64,000 nucleotides of DNA from a plasmid, in sequence record NZ_AP019754.1. One strand, 5' to 3'. The notes under the pieces are model-generated. The model had not been told where the DNA came from, made no database searches, and saw only the letters and a program-made list of their open reading frames with translations. Of the stretch, positions 13,191-22,587 are shown piece after piece (the first letter of the stretch is position 1; every line of letters begins with the position of its first letter). The translations under genes and the position numbers were made by a program.

Positions 13191-14450
13191 TCAGGCTAAA
13201 CCCAGTCCACGTTTACCCACCGAATTGAGATCGGCGAGGGTAAACCGGTTCTTCCAGCCGGCCTCGTAATGTTCAGGCGGAAAATCAGCGGGGGAATGAC
13301 CCTGCTCAAGTGCACTCGTCACCTGATGCGCATAAGCGCGGTTTTTATCACACATTGGCGCTGCGGGAATATACATAACGTTTCCCCATCCCTGTTGATT
13401 TTCAACCGATGCGACCGCATGAATCAGGTCACAGTGCCACCATACCGAATCGCCTGCGGTGATCGCCGGTACGGAGCATAATCCTTTTACCAAATGCGGG
13501 TGCCATTTTTCACTAATCGGGAGTACGCGCCCCGGTTTAACACCGCATAATTCATCGTCAGCGACATCCGATAACAATGGGCGCAGCAGCACATATGCAA
13601 TTGCCTCCGGTACGGGAACCACGTGCAGTAAGCCCTGACCCGGCATCATATCGGACAGCGCCGTCCATCCCTGAAACGTCCGGAAAGCCGAGCATTTTGT
13701 GGTATCAGGAACATCAAACTCATCCACTTCGCTGCGATGAGCAGCATGCCACGGGTCGTAATGCTCAAGATTGCCGTCAAAAATCGATCGAAAAACGCGT
13801 TGGTAAGCGGGCAACAGCCAGCGTTCCAGCGCGCCGGAGTCAGTGTGTGCGCCCAACCCTTTCGAGGTTGTTCCTGGCGGTCGCCGACGAATGCGATCCG
13901 GATAGATAAGATTCACGTCCGGATCGAACCATTGCTGGCCCCCGGATTCAAACGTCCACAGGCGATTTAAACATGACTGCACCTGGGCCATTTCAGGACT
14001 CTGGCGCGCCTCCATTTGTGCGTGAGACCAGTAAATGGGATAGATTTCTGGGCGGGATGCTTCCAGGCTGCCGAAGAAATTATCGCCCGGGCCGCGGTAC
14101 TGTGCATCAAACTGATTTTCGTCCAGGTAACACAGCATGGAGGTATCCCATGCCAGCGCCTGTTCCCGAGGGAAATGCTGCTTAACCACCACACAGCCAC
14201 GGCGCTTGATGCTTTCTCGGGTTTCAGGCGTCAGCCCTTGGGTGATCTCCTCGGGTGAAATAACCGGCCAGGCGCTGCCGTTTAGCCGCTCTTCCGCTTT
14301 TGCGTCGCTTATCGCCTGCTCGGTTCTCTGGCAAACCTGCCTGAATAAGCCTTCAACATCGCCAATCTGCTGACGGATCTGCTGTTTAAACTGGCGGATG
14401 GCGGCTGAAATATCCGTGGGTAACGCTGTGTGCTGAAGCTTTACATTCAT
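13191..14450 (-). CDS. DUF1479-family protein (YbiU-like)
   Basis: 419 aa, the same length class as E. coli YbiU (421 aa). The adjacent Cof-type phosphatase recapitulates ybiU-ybiV synteny. Assignment is from memory of the family and is not motif-proven. Confidence 0.55.
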   Translation of the reverse strand: MNVKLQHTALPTDISAAIRQFKQQIRQQIGDVEGLFRQVCQRTEQAISDAKAEERLNGSAWPVISPEEITQGLTPETRESIKRRGCVVVKQHFPREQALAWDTSMLCYLDENQFDAQYRGPGDNFFGSLEASRPEIYPIYWSHAQMEARQSPEMAQVQSCLNRLWTFESGGQQWFDPDVNLIYPDRIRRRPPGTTSKGLGAHTDSGALERWLLPAYQRVFRSIFDGNLEHYDPWHAAHRSEVDEFDVPDTTKCSAFRTFQGWTALSDMMPGQGLLHVVPVPEAIAYVLLRPLLSDVADDELCGVKPGRVLPISEKWHPHLVKGLCSVPAITAGDSVWWHCDLIHAVASVENQQGWGNVMYIPAAPMCDKNRAYAHQVTSALEQGHSPADFPPEHYEAGWKNRFTLADLNSVGKRGLGLA

Positions 14451-14673
14451 GACTGCGCCCTTAACAGTGTTTTCATTTTACATATGAAGGTTTATTTCAT
14501 TTCATTCGAAAGTCAGCACTATGTTTAACAGATTGCTGTTGGTGAAAACCGGAACTGGCGCACAATGTGAGCGAACAGAAGGATTTTTGATGACTGGAAT
14601 TCTCATTATCCCCTTCAACGAGTAAGCTTAAAAATGAGTGAGCCTGTTCAGGCCGGGAAAAAGGGGGATGACA

Positions 14674-15495
14674 ATGGCAGTAAGGATGATTGCAGTGGAT
14701 ATGGATGGGACGTTTCTGGACGAAAACAAGCAGTACAACGTCCAGCGCTTTTCACGCCAGTACGCCCTGCTAAAGCAAAAAGGTATTCACTTTGTTGTCG
14801 CCAGTGGCAATCAATATTATCAGCTACAGCGCTACTTTCCTGACATCAAAAACGACATCGCGTTTGTTGCCGAAAATGGTGCTTGGGTATCAGAAGGCGA
14901 TGATGAAATTTTTTGTGGTGAGCTGGCAAAGGAAAGCGTGCACCGCGTGTTGGATATCCTGGCAAAAGAGCCGGATATCAGCACTGTCGTTTGTGGACGC
15001 AAGGGCGCTTATGTCCATTCTTCAATGCCAGACAGCGTTATTCAGATGCTTAACAATCATTATTACCGACTTGAAAAGCGCGATAATCTTTATGATATCG
15101 ATGACACCATTTTTAAGTTTTCGCTTAACCTGGCCAACGAAGGCATAGACAGCCTGATGGATCGTCTGCATAACCAGCTCGGTGAAATCGATCATATTAT
15201 GCACCCCGTATCGAGCGGCTATGGCTTTATTGACCTGATTATTCCAGGCTGTCACAAGGCACATGGTATTGCTTTGCTGCAACAAAAATGGGGCATTAGC
15301 GATTGTGAGGTGGTGGCCATCGGCGACAGTGCAAACGATATCGAAATGTTGCGCCAGGCCTGTTTCAGTTTTGCAATGGCCAATGCTGTTGAGTCGGTTT
15401 CAGCCGTTGCGCGGTTTAAAACGGAAAGCAATCAGGATGAAGGGGCGCTAAACGTCATTGCCAGAGTGCTGGCGCGCGAATTCCCTTTTGATTAA
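14674..15495 (+). CDS. Cof-type HAD-IIB sugar phosphatase (YbiV/SupH-like)
   Basis: MAVRMIAVDMDGTFL carries the DxDGT HAD motif I. GDSANDIEM is motif IV. SD AAGGGGG lies 6 nt before the ATG at 14674. Confidence 0.75.
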   Translation: MAVRMIAVDMDGTFLDENKQYNVQRFSRQYALLKQKGIHFVVASGNQYYQLQRYFPDIKNDIAFVAENGAWVSEGDDEIFCGELAKESVHRVLDILAKEPDISTVVCGRKGAYVHSSMPDSVIQMLNNHYYRLEKRDNLYDIDDTIFKFSLNLANEGIDSLMDRLHNQLGEIDHIMHPVSSGYGFIDLIIPGCHKAHGIALLQQKWGISDCEVVAIGDSANDIEMLRQACFSFAMANAVESVSAVARFKTESNQDEGALNVIARVLAREFPFD

Positions 15496-15784
15496 CGCCG
15501 CAATGGCGGCTTTTCAATCATGAGCGCGGAAGGGGAGCCTCTTCAAAAACAAACTTAACGTGACGCTGTCACTTATTTTGCCTGCTTCTGATCTTTTCGG
15601 ACTGTATAAGGTGCTGGCAGGGGATGTCAGTACCGCGCAAAGAAACCGCATGCAAAGACAGGTTAATGGTAATAGTTACAACATACTTTAAATGATTTTC
15701 TTAACACCGTTCGGTTAGATCGACGTCGTCTTTGTCTGGGCAAGAAAATCACGAAAAGCCCGGTCCAGGCCGGGCGGGCAGGCA

Positions 15785-16471
15785 TTATTTATCCGCTTTC
15801 TTCTCATCCTCAGCGCCTGACGGCTCCGCTTCAGCAACGGACAGCCAGGGCTTGAGGAGTTGAATATCCAGAATGACGTAAACCATCGTGCTAATAAATA
15901 ACGAAATCACGCTACCGAATACGCCGCTGGTGGTGAAGGTCAGATAGTTATAGATAATCAACCAGGTCAGGCAAATGAACAGGGAAAGGGCAAGCATAAT
16001 CGATGAGAGTGAATAGTTGCTGGTGCCGGCGCCTTGTTGGTGCGTCAGTTTAAACAGGTTCCCGAGGGTGTATTTTTCCAGCATCAAAATCGTTTTTTGC
16101 CAGTTACGGCGTTGGCGTGAACCTGCGCGAACAATAAACAGATACAGTACGGAGATAAAAAAGCCTGAAAAGGCAATCAGTACCGGCACAGCCTCCAGAG
16201 CATACTCAATGCTTTTGTGGCTTGCGCCAGCCGGGCTCAGGTCCAGCGTTAATGAGGCACCCAGTGCGGCATACAGAAAAACGAATAGCGCCAAAAAGGT
16301 TATCGTGCGCTTCCAGTCCGCCTCTGCTTCGCGGTTCTGTTGCTGGAGGGCGACGGTAAAGGCGCGTTCGATATGTTCAGCCTGAGGTGAGTGCATTTCA
16401 ATCGCCTCTACCGTTTCATCCAGCAGGGCAGTGATAAAAGGTTTGTGGTCGTTGTGCAGGGGAATTTTCAT
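15785..16471 (-). CDS. hypothetical inner-membrane protein (about 4 TM segments)
   Basis: 228 aa with a hydrophilic N-terminus, several hydrophobic helices and a C-terminal acidic tail. No recognisable family. Confidence 0.5.
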   Translation of the reverse strand: MKIPLHNDHKPFITALLDETVEAIEMHSPQAEHIERAFTVALQQQNREAEADWKRTITFLALFVFLYAALGASLTLDLSPAGASHKSIEYALEAVPVLIAFSGFFISVLYLFIVRAGSRQRRNWQKTILMLEKYTLGNLFKLTHQQGAGTSNYSLSSIMLALSLFICLTWLIIYNYLTFTTSGVFGSVISLFISTMVYVILDIQLLKPWLSVAEAEPSGAEDEKKADK

Positions 16472-16641
16472 GACGTCGATTCTCGTTGAAATTTCCGCTT
16501 ATTTTAGTCTGCCTGAAGGGAAATGATACCTGCTTAACGTGATTAACCTTGTCAGACTGAGCCACTTAACTCGCAGGTAATGCGCTTTGCGAGCACGGCA
16601 TGATGTACACTGCTTATGAACTCACCACGAGGAAAGCGATT

Positions 16642-16953
16642 ATGAATGACAAGAAAATGATTTCCATCGATCAGTTCAGTGATGAAGAGCGACTCGCCGT
16701 TAATGAAGTTCTTCAAAACCTGATGCAGAAGCACCGTCAACGCACCGGCAAAGAACCTGATGCAAAAAAAGAGAAAGAGTTAAACAGCGAAGCTCGTCAG
16801 CAGGTCATGGCCGATAAACTTCTTAATGAAAAGTTAAAAGCAGAAAAAGAAAGTAAAAAACCGCTCAGGAAAAAGAAACCCTCTTCGCTAACGGCCAGTG
16901 AAGTCGGCGATTTCAACTGGTCCGCCTCAGTGGCTAAAGGCCGCAGAAGATAA
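16642..16953 (+). CDS. hypothetical lysine-rich small protein
   Basis: SD AGGAAA lies 7 nt before the ATG at 16642 (MNDKKMISIDQFSDEE...). Highly charged K/E-rich C-terminus. Confidence 0.4.
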   Translation: MNDKKMISIDQFSDEERLAVNEVLQNLMQKHRQRTGKEPDAKKEKELNSEARQQVMADKLLNEKLKAEKESKKPLRKKKPSSLTASEVGDFNWSASVAKGRRR

Positions 16954-17136
16954 AATAACGCCCAGTCGCGCTAAGGCCTGACGATATAACATGGATCGTT
17001 GGGCCATGTGGACCCGGGCAAGTCATCGGCATGAGTCATCTTAACGGCAATAACAAATAAAGGGTAAAAGTCTTAAAAATTAAAGCGCAGGGCGTTTTTT
17101 GTGGATAAACTGCGCTAAATATATTGTCAATTACGC

Positions 17137-18201
17137 GTGCGAATGACCTATTACTCACCTGATGATCATCATCTTAAAATGCGATCCACGCGATTTGTCC
17201 GTCGCATGTTTGCCATGCGCCAGCTTGGCACGCTTTTATGTTTTTTGCCGATTGCATCCGTTCTCCTGGAACTGGGGAAAGAACCAGCGATATTGGTATT
17301 ACTGATTAGCAACGTTCTTATCTGGCCTTATCTGGCATACCGCCTTGCCGTAAAATCACGGGACTCCACCGCGCGGGAGCGTTCAAATTTAACGCTGGAT
17401 GCCGCATTTGGCGGTATCTGGATTGCGCTGATGGCCGTGAGTCCTATGCCGTCCTTTGTCATCATCGCGGTTTTGATGGCCGACCGTTACGCCGCAGGAG
17501 GCTGGCCTCAGCTGCTCTCTGCAGCGCAGGCATTTCTGTTTGCCTTTATCCTGGTATGGACGATTGAAGGCGCGCCGGTTTTGATGGAGTTTAGTACGCG
17601 CACAGCGTGGCTTACCCTTCCACTGGCCACATTCTATATGTTGGCACTCAGCGTTGTATCACACAATTTGACGTTGAGCCTGCGTCAGAAGAACCGTGAG
17701 CTGGAGAGAATTGCGCTGATGGATCCCGGTCTGGAAATCCCTAATCGTCGTTTGTTCGAACGCCGGCTTGAAAGCGAGCTTTTGCGCACCTTGCGGGGTG
17801 ACACCAGAGCGTATCTGATACTGATAGATGTCGACCATTTTAAAAACGTTAACGATACGTTCGGTCACGAAGCCGGGGATTTTTTGCTGGCTGAAATTTC
17901 CGGCCTGTTACGTGACAGCGTAGGTATGAAAGACATTCCGGCACGGTTTGGCGGAGATGAACTTGGCGTTATCATCCGTGATTCGAATGACGTTGACATC
18001 ATCAGACTGGCCGAATCGCTTCAAAGAAATATTGGGCAATTACGCCTGCCTGCTTCTGTAACGTTCAGGTGTTCCGTCAGTATTGGCATTGCCAGTGCTG
18101 ATAAAGCCGACTCAATACATGAGTGGCTGCGGCGCGCTGATAAAGCGTTATATGAAGTGAAACGATCAGGGCGGAATGGCCTGAAATTATGGCGGGCCTG
18201 A
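17137..18201 (+). CDS. MASE2-GGDEF diguanylate cyclase homolog (AdrA/DgcC-like) with GGDEL motif
   Basis: Colinear with E. coli AdrA as I recall it: membrane MASE2 region, then RRLFERRLE...LILIDVDHFKNVNDTFGHEAGD...ARFGGDELGVII. The canonical GGDEF is GGDEL here. True start may be the downstream Met (MFAMRQ). Confidence 0.8.
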   Translation: MRMTYYSPDDHHLKMRSTRFVRRMFAMRQLGTLLCFLPIASVLLELGKEPAILVLLISNVLIWPYLAYRLAVKSRDSTARERSNLTLDAAFGGIWIALMAVSPMPSFVIIAVLMADRYAAGGWPQLLSAAQAFLFAFILVWTIEGAPVLMEFSTRTAWLTLPLATFYMLALSVVSHNLTLSLRQKNRELERIALMDPGLEIPNRRLFERRLESELLRTLRGDTRAYLILIDVDHFKNVNDTFGHEAGDFLLAEISGLLRDSVGMKDIPARFGGDELGVIIRDSNDVDIIRLAESLQRNIGQLRLPASVTFRCSVSIGIASADKADSIHEWLRRADKALYEVKRSGRNGLKLWRA

Positions 18202-18299
18202 TCCCCAGCGGAACAACGCATCGCGGGGTTTGATAACGTCCATCCGTAGTACATCACCAGACCGTCATCAATGCCGCCTCCTCTGAGGCGGCATAAGTA

Positions 18300-19085
18300 T
18301 CAGATAGCCGGATAGTCGCCAGTGCCTTCAGGCCAGGGCGTGAGCAGGTCAAAGCCCGTCTCGGTGACGGCGACGGTATGCTCCCACTGGGCAGACAGCG
18401 AGCGATCTTTTGTAACCACCGTCCAGCCATCAGAAAGCACACTGGTCCCTGCTTTTCCAGCATTGATCATGGGTTCGATGGTAAAAATCATCCCTGCCTG
18501 TAAAGGCATTCCTTCGCCCGGCGTGCCGTAGTGAAGAATTTGAGGTTCGGTATGATAAATCTCGCCGACGCCATGACCGCAATATTCCCTGACCACGGAA
18601 AAACCCGCGCTCTCAGCAAGGCGCTGAATAGCGGCGCCAATATCGCCCAGTGTCGCGCCCGGGCGAACCGTTTTAATGCCTGCAACCATGGACTGATAGG
18701 TAATATCCACCAGCCGTTTTGCACGCACGGATGGCGTCCCCACAAAATACATTCGGCTGGTATCGCCATACCAGCCATCTTTAATAATGGCGACATCGAT
18801 ATTCACAATATCACCTTCTTTTAATGTTTTGGCCGCCGGGATCCCGTGGCAAACAACATGGTTAACGGAAGTACAGGTGGTACGGGTGTAACCGTGATAA
18901 CCGATATTGGCGGGCGTAACGTTGAGTTCATTGACAATAAAATCATGACAGATATCGTCCAGTTGCTCTGTCGTGATCCCCGGGCGTACATGAGGGGTGA
19001 TCATCGCCAGCACCTGGGCGGCAGCGTGCCCGGCAGCACGGGCTTTTTCAATTTCTTCTGCAGAATGGATCTTAACGTTCCCCAT
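18300..19085 (-). CDS. map: type I methionine aminopeptidase (MetAP paralog)
   Basis: 261 aa with the pita-bread fold and metal ligands in context (DIVNIDV, GHGVG, EPM). Colinear with E. coli Map but diverged. The genomic context is not the canonical rpsB/glnD neighbourhood. Confidence 0.85.
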   Translation of the reverse strand: MGNVKIHSAEEIEKARAAGHAAAQVLAMITPHVRPGITTEQLDDICHDFIVNELNVTPANIGYHGYTRTTCTSVNHVVCHGIPAAKTLKEGDIVNIDVAIIKDGWYGDTSRMYFVGTPSVRAKRLVDITYQSMVAGIKTVRPGATLGDIGAAIQRLAESAGFSVVREYCGHGVGEIYHTEPQILHYGTPGEGMPLQAGMIFTIEPMINAGKAGTSVLSDGWTVVTKDRSLSAQWEHTVAVTETGFDLLTPWPEGTGDYPAI

Positions 19086-19327
19086 TACACTTCTCCTTGT
19101 GGGGTTAAATCGGCATGATGTAGTACCTGGCGAATATCGGCACCGCCGTTCATTTCGATGCGGATTAATGTTTGAGCAAGCTCGTGTTGTGTCAGCTGGG
19201 GATACAGCTCGGCCAGCATGCCCAGTTTTAACCAGTGCTCAGCCTGCGCATTTATTGAGCGGCTCATCGCCTGGCTGGCGATGCGTAAGTTTTCATGCAT
19301 CAGATCGGATATTTTAACAATGCCCAT
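19085..19327 (-). CDS. small hypothetical protein (80 aa), possibly a ribbon-helix-helix/ParD-like DNA-binding protein
   Basis: Its stop codon TAA overlaps the map start (TAATG, 1-nt overlap), indicating translational coupling. The fold assignment is a guess from size and composition. Confidence 0.45.
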   Translation of the reverse strand: MGIVKISDLMHENLRIASQAMSRSINAQAEHWLKLGMLAELYPQLTQHELAQTLIRIEMNGGADIRQVLHHADLTPQGEV

Positions 19328-19963
19328 GCGAAGCCTATATAGAATGTATACGTTTTATATATAGGTTACGCTTTTTGCGGTGACAGTGAAAGCTGAATTA
19401 ACCGGTCAAAAAATGCTTAAAGCGCCATTCTTCCGGTAGCGCGATGAATTTCTAACTTAATGACACAGTCTGAGTGCGTATTTAATCTGTTCTGATCTCG
19501 CGCCTTTTATTGGCGTGCCGGGCAGAGTTAGTCTTTGATGTGACCGATCAGCAAAGTCACACACCATTCTCTGACCGGGTTAAACTTCATAAACCTATGC
19601 GGTATTACCCAGGTTAACTTTTCATGTTACTTCGCAGATCATGAACCATAATCTACTGTTGAAAATCTGCGATATTGACGCATCACGCCTGTTCCGTCCT
19701 GGCCATCGCGCTGAGGTCTGCAATTCATGGGTTGGGTACAATCAGACAGAGATTTGTCTTTGTCCGATTGTTGCCCCTGCTTCAGTTACAGGCCGGTTGC
19801 GGATGTCCGTTGACAAGACGCGGTGTGGATTGCGCAGAGTGGCGGTAATGTGCGGGAGGTTTAACGCAGGCGGTGGTATTTTATCCGGGGCTTTACGCCT
19901 TAAAACGGCATCATAAAAGGATTACGCGTGTTCACGTTGCACTTAACCACCGGGATTAACCTT

Positions 19964-20257
19964 ATGAGAGCACTCTTCGTCACAGGCCTGATCTTTGCGC
20001 TAGCCGCATGCTCCAGCTCAGTGGGTCGCAATGTTGATACAGCAACCGTTCAGAAAATCAGGCCAGGCCTGACAACCCGAGCGGATCTGATCGCGATGTT
20101 TGGCCCGCCTGACACGGAATCCCCGTATCCCAACGGACAACAGTTACTGATGTGGAAATACAGTAAAGCCCGAGCGCTGGCTACCTCGGCAGGTGAAACG
20201 CTTACGGTACAGACAAAAAATGGCAAAGTGTTTAACTACACCTTCAGTAAAAGCTGA
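19964..20257 (+). CDS. small lipoprotein (hypothetical)
   Basis: MRALFVTGLIFALAAC is a signal peptide with lipobox LAAC. 97 aa from this start. Confidence 0.55.
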   Translation: MRALFVTGLIFALAACSSSVGRNVDTATVQKIRPGLTTRADLIAMFGPPDTESPYPNGQQLLMWKYSKARALATSAGETLTVQTKNGKVFNYTFSKS

Positions 20258-20389
20258 CGTTTTATCCCCCATATCTCTGCGCACAATAAAAAACGTGATT
20301 GTATTGCCAGGTTAACACAATTGCGGATCTGTGCAGGGAGTTAACGTATTCCTCTTCGTTCAGGAGGGATGTGATCAATAAGCCCATCG

Positions 20390-20585
20390 TGGCAACCGGC
20401 ACCGGAAAACGTATTCTTAGAATTGTCGGTATCGCCGGTGAGCTGGCCGATGCCATGGATAATATTTCGCTGTCCTTATCAACACAGGCAGGACATTTTT
20501 AAGGTGAGTATTGCCGTTAGCCAGATGGATGCTGCCACGCAAACGCACGCCGCGCTTGTCGAAAAATCCTCTCCAGCCTCGTAAT
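20390..20585 (+). pseudogene. 3' remnant of a methyl-accepting chemotaxis protein gene (frameshifted)
   Basis: Frame 2 reads ...ELADAMDNISLSLSTQAGHF*. After a frame change, frame 3 reads VSIAVSQMDAATQTHAALVEKSS, which matches the extreme C-terminus of the intact MCPs in this window ([23 protein letters not shown]). No upstream MCP body is present. Confidence 0.5.
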
Positions 20586-21029
20586 CTTAATCTGAGCAGA
20601 TGTACGCTATGGTGAAACCCTTCCGCTTAGCGCGCCCGCCCCGTCATTAACGTGTTTCCCGTTGTCTCGTCAGCGATGACGGGGCAACGCCATGTTGCGC
20701 TTGCTGCACAGCGCCGCGTAAAGCCCGCCCACATCCTTCGGCGTGTTAAGTGCCGGGCAATCCAGTGAACATCTTATTCCCCTCTGAAAATCCCGACGGC
20801 AATGCCGATTTGAAGAAAAACGTCTCTCCTGGCGAATGTCACGGGGAAGGGCAGTGTCTCTGCGTAGCGTCGAGGCGTTAACCCAGTCATTGCCGTTTTG
20901 CATCCTTGCCTTGATTCCTTTTCAGAATCAGCGTAGCGACGTCTTTATGACTCCAGACTTAACAGGTCTGGAGTCACAGTCGGCAGAAAGGTAGAATCTG
21001 CAATACGGCTTTATTATCTGGGAAGGGCA

Positions 21030-22130
21030 GTGGCTGAAATCAGCATAAATACAAGGTCGCCGCATGTCGGCCATCACGTCATGGTATGGCTGGAGCAGAT
21101 CAGAAAGGCTTCGCTGTCTGAAGTCGATAATTTTGGTGACGAGGGCACGGTCGAGCAGGTCATTAAGGTCTGGGTAAAGCTGTCATTACTCGTTACGCGT
21201 CGCCGTCCTGAAATCGCGATTTCCTCCCTTCTCCGGCATGTCTTACCGAATATTGGCTCACTCCCGCTGAAGAATCTGACGCGATTACGACTAAACAGAC
21301 TATATAACATACTGATTTCAGAGGGTAAAAAGGAAGAGGCGCGGCGCGTATTCGCGTTGACAAAACAGTTTTTATCCTGGGCAGAAATGCAGGGTTATCT
21401 TGAGCATTCCCCTGTTGCTTCAATGAAAAAACGTGACATTGCAGGCCGTGCGGCCTCACCGCGCAGTCGACAGTTGTCGGATGCTGAGATTTGGGTGTTC
21501 TGGCATGGGCTGGACAACTGGGCACTCTCTGAACAGGCCCGTTGGGCACTGCGGCTTTGCCTGGTGAGCGCGCGACGACCAGACGAGATCGTTCAGGCTC
21601 GTAAAGCAGAATTTAATTTACAGTCAGGGCTGTGGAAACAAGGTACGCGGAACAAATCGCAGCGTGAACATACGTTGCCGGTCTCTTCCCTGATGCGCTT
21701 GTGTATCGAGTCATTGTTAAAGGCCAGCGATCCTGCTTCGCCCTGGCTGGTACCGGCACCGCGCGATGTGATGCAACCGCTGTCAAAAGGTGCGCTTAAT
21801 CAGGCTCTGCGACGCATGTTACGCGCACCGCGCGGCCTGGGACTGGAACATTTTACACCACGAGACCTGCGGCGAACGGCACGCTCAAAGTTATCTGCAC
21901 TGGACACGCCCAACGACGTGGCAAGAAAAATCATGAATCATGCATTAGAAGGGATAGATCGTGTTTACGATACGCACGACTATGTCGTGCAGATGCGCGC
22001 TGCACTGGAAAAGTATTCGGAATCATTACAGGTAATTATCAACAGTGATAGTTACCATTTTCTACATCATCGTTATGAAGGCGAAAGGCTGAAATTAGAC
22101 AGTTCCTCTGTCATGGTCATGAGCCTTTAA
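21030..22130 (+). mobile_element. int: tyrosine recombinase / P4-type integrase, N-terminally truncated (probable pseudogene)
   Basis: 366 aa. C-terminal catalytic domain carries HFTPRDLRRTARS (the R..HxxR..Y context) and ALEGIDRVYDTHDY. The usual N-terminal ~60-100 aa arm-binding (DUF4102-type) domain is absent. First codons lack an SD. Confidence 0.7.
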
Positions 22131-22154
22131 CGGGACAGTCAGGCTGTTTCCAAT

Positions 22155-22187
22155 AAAAAAGCGGTGTCCTCATCAACACCGCTTAAT
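22155..22187. terminator. bidirectional rho-independent terminator between int and hns-like gene
   Basis: AAAAAAGCGGTGT-cctcatca-ACACCGCTTAATT: a 7-8 bp GC-containing stem flanked by an A-run and a T-rich tract. Confidence 0.5.
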
Positions 22188-22191
22188 TATG

Positions 22192-22587
22192 TCAGATCAG
22201 GAAGTCATCGAGAGAACCGCCTGCATCCAGGGCCTTTTTAATAGGCGATGGTGTACGGCCCTGACCTGTCCATGATTTCTTTTCACCGTTTTCGTCGGTA
22301 TATTGATATTTAGCCGGGCGCGGAGCACGTTTAGCTTTTGTTTTAGTTTCTGTAGGTAAATCCATCAGCTCAGAAATATCGATGCCGTCATTCATCAGCA
22401 TTTCTTTATATTTAGCCAGCTTGTCTGCTTTTTCACGCAGCAGGGCTTGCTCAGCTTCTTCTTCTTCACGGCGTTCAGCGACAACGACAGAAAGCTTTTC
22501 GAGCATCTCATTTAACACATCAAGCTCAATTTCCCGGGCTTGTGCACGTAAAATACGAAGGTTATTTAATGCTTTGAGCGCATCCAT
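22192..22587 (-). CDS. H-NS family nucleoid-associated protein (island-encoded H-NS paralog)
   Basis: 131 aa. Colinear with E. coli H-NS: ALKILNN/ALKALNN, RTLRAQARE, LEKLxVVV.ERREEE and C-terminal [21 protein letters not shown]...KKAxDxxGxSLDDFLI. Confidence 0.85.
   Translation of the reverse strand: MDALKALNNLRILRAQAREIELDVLNEMLEKLSVVVAERREEEEAEQALLREKADKLAKYKEMLMNDGIDISELMDLPTETKTKAKRAPRPAKYQYTDENGEKKSWTGQGRTPSPIKKALDAGGSLDDFLI

Noticed and set aside
13191-14450. Whether the DUF1479 (YbiU-like) protein is a defence or novel enzyme
   Set aside because: Its synteny with a Cof-type phosphatase and a DeoR regulator matches the ordinary E. coli ybiU-ybiV core region. Nothing unusual is seen beyond unknown function.
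19641-19916. 91-aa ORF in the 600-bp leader upstream of the lipoprotein gene
   Set aside because: Cys/Arg/Gly-rich composition, no SD and no homology signal. It is more likely a 5' UTR or promoter region.
20941-20980. Perfect 10-bp inverted repeat (GACTCCAGAC/GTCTGGAGTC) considered as a tRNA fragment or terminator
   Set aside because: There is no flanking acceptor or T-arm sequence to make a tRNA, and no U-tract to make an intrinsic terminator. It is mentioned only as a possible recombination-site relic under the integrase finding.
20580-21030. Searched the island junction (and the whole window) for tRNA/tmRNA genes as integrase targets
   Set aside because: No cloverleaf-compatible sequence with a GTTCGAATC-type T-loop and CCA-adjacent acceptor stem was recognised by eye. 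The insertion appears instead to be associated with the MCP gene stump. A tRNAscan run would be needed to be certain.
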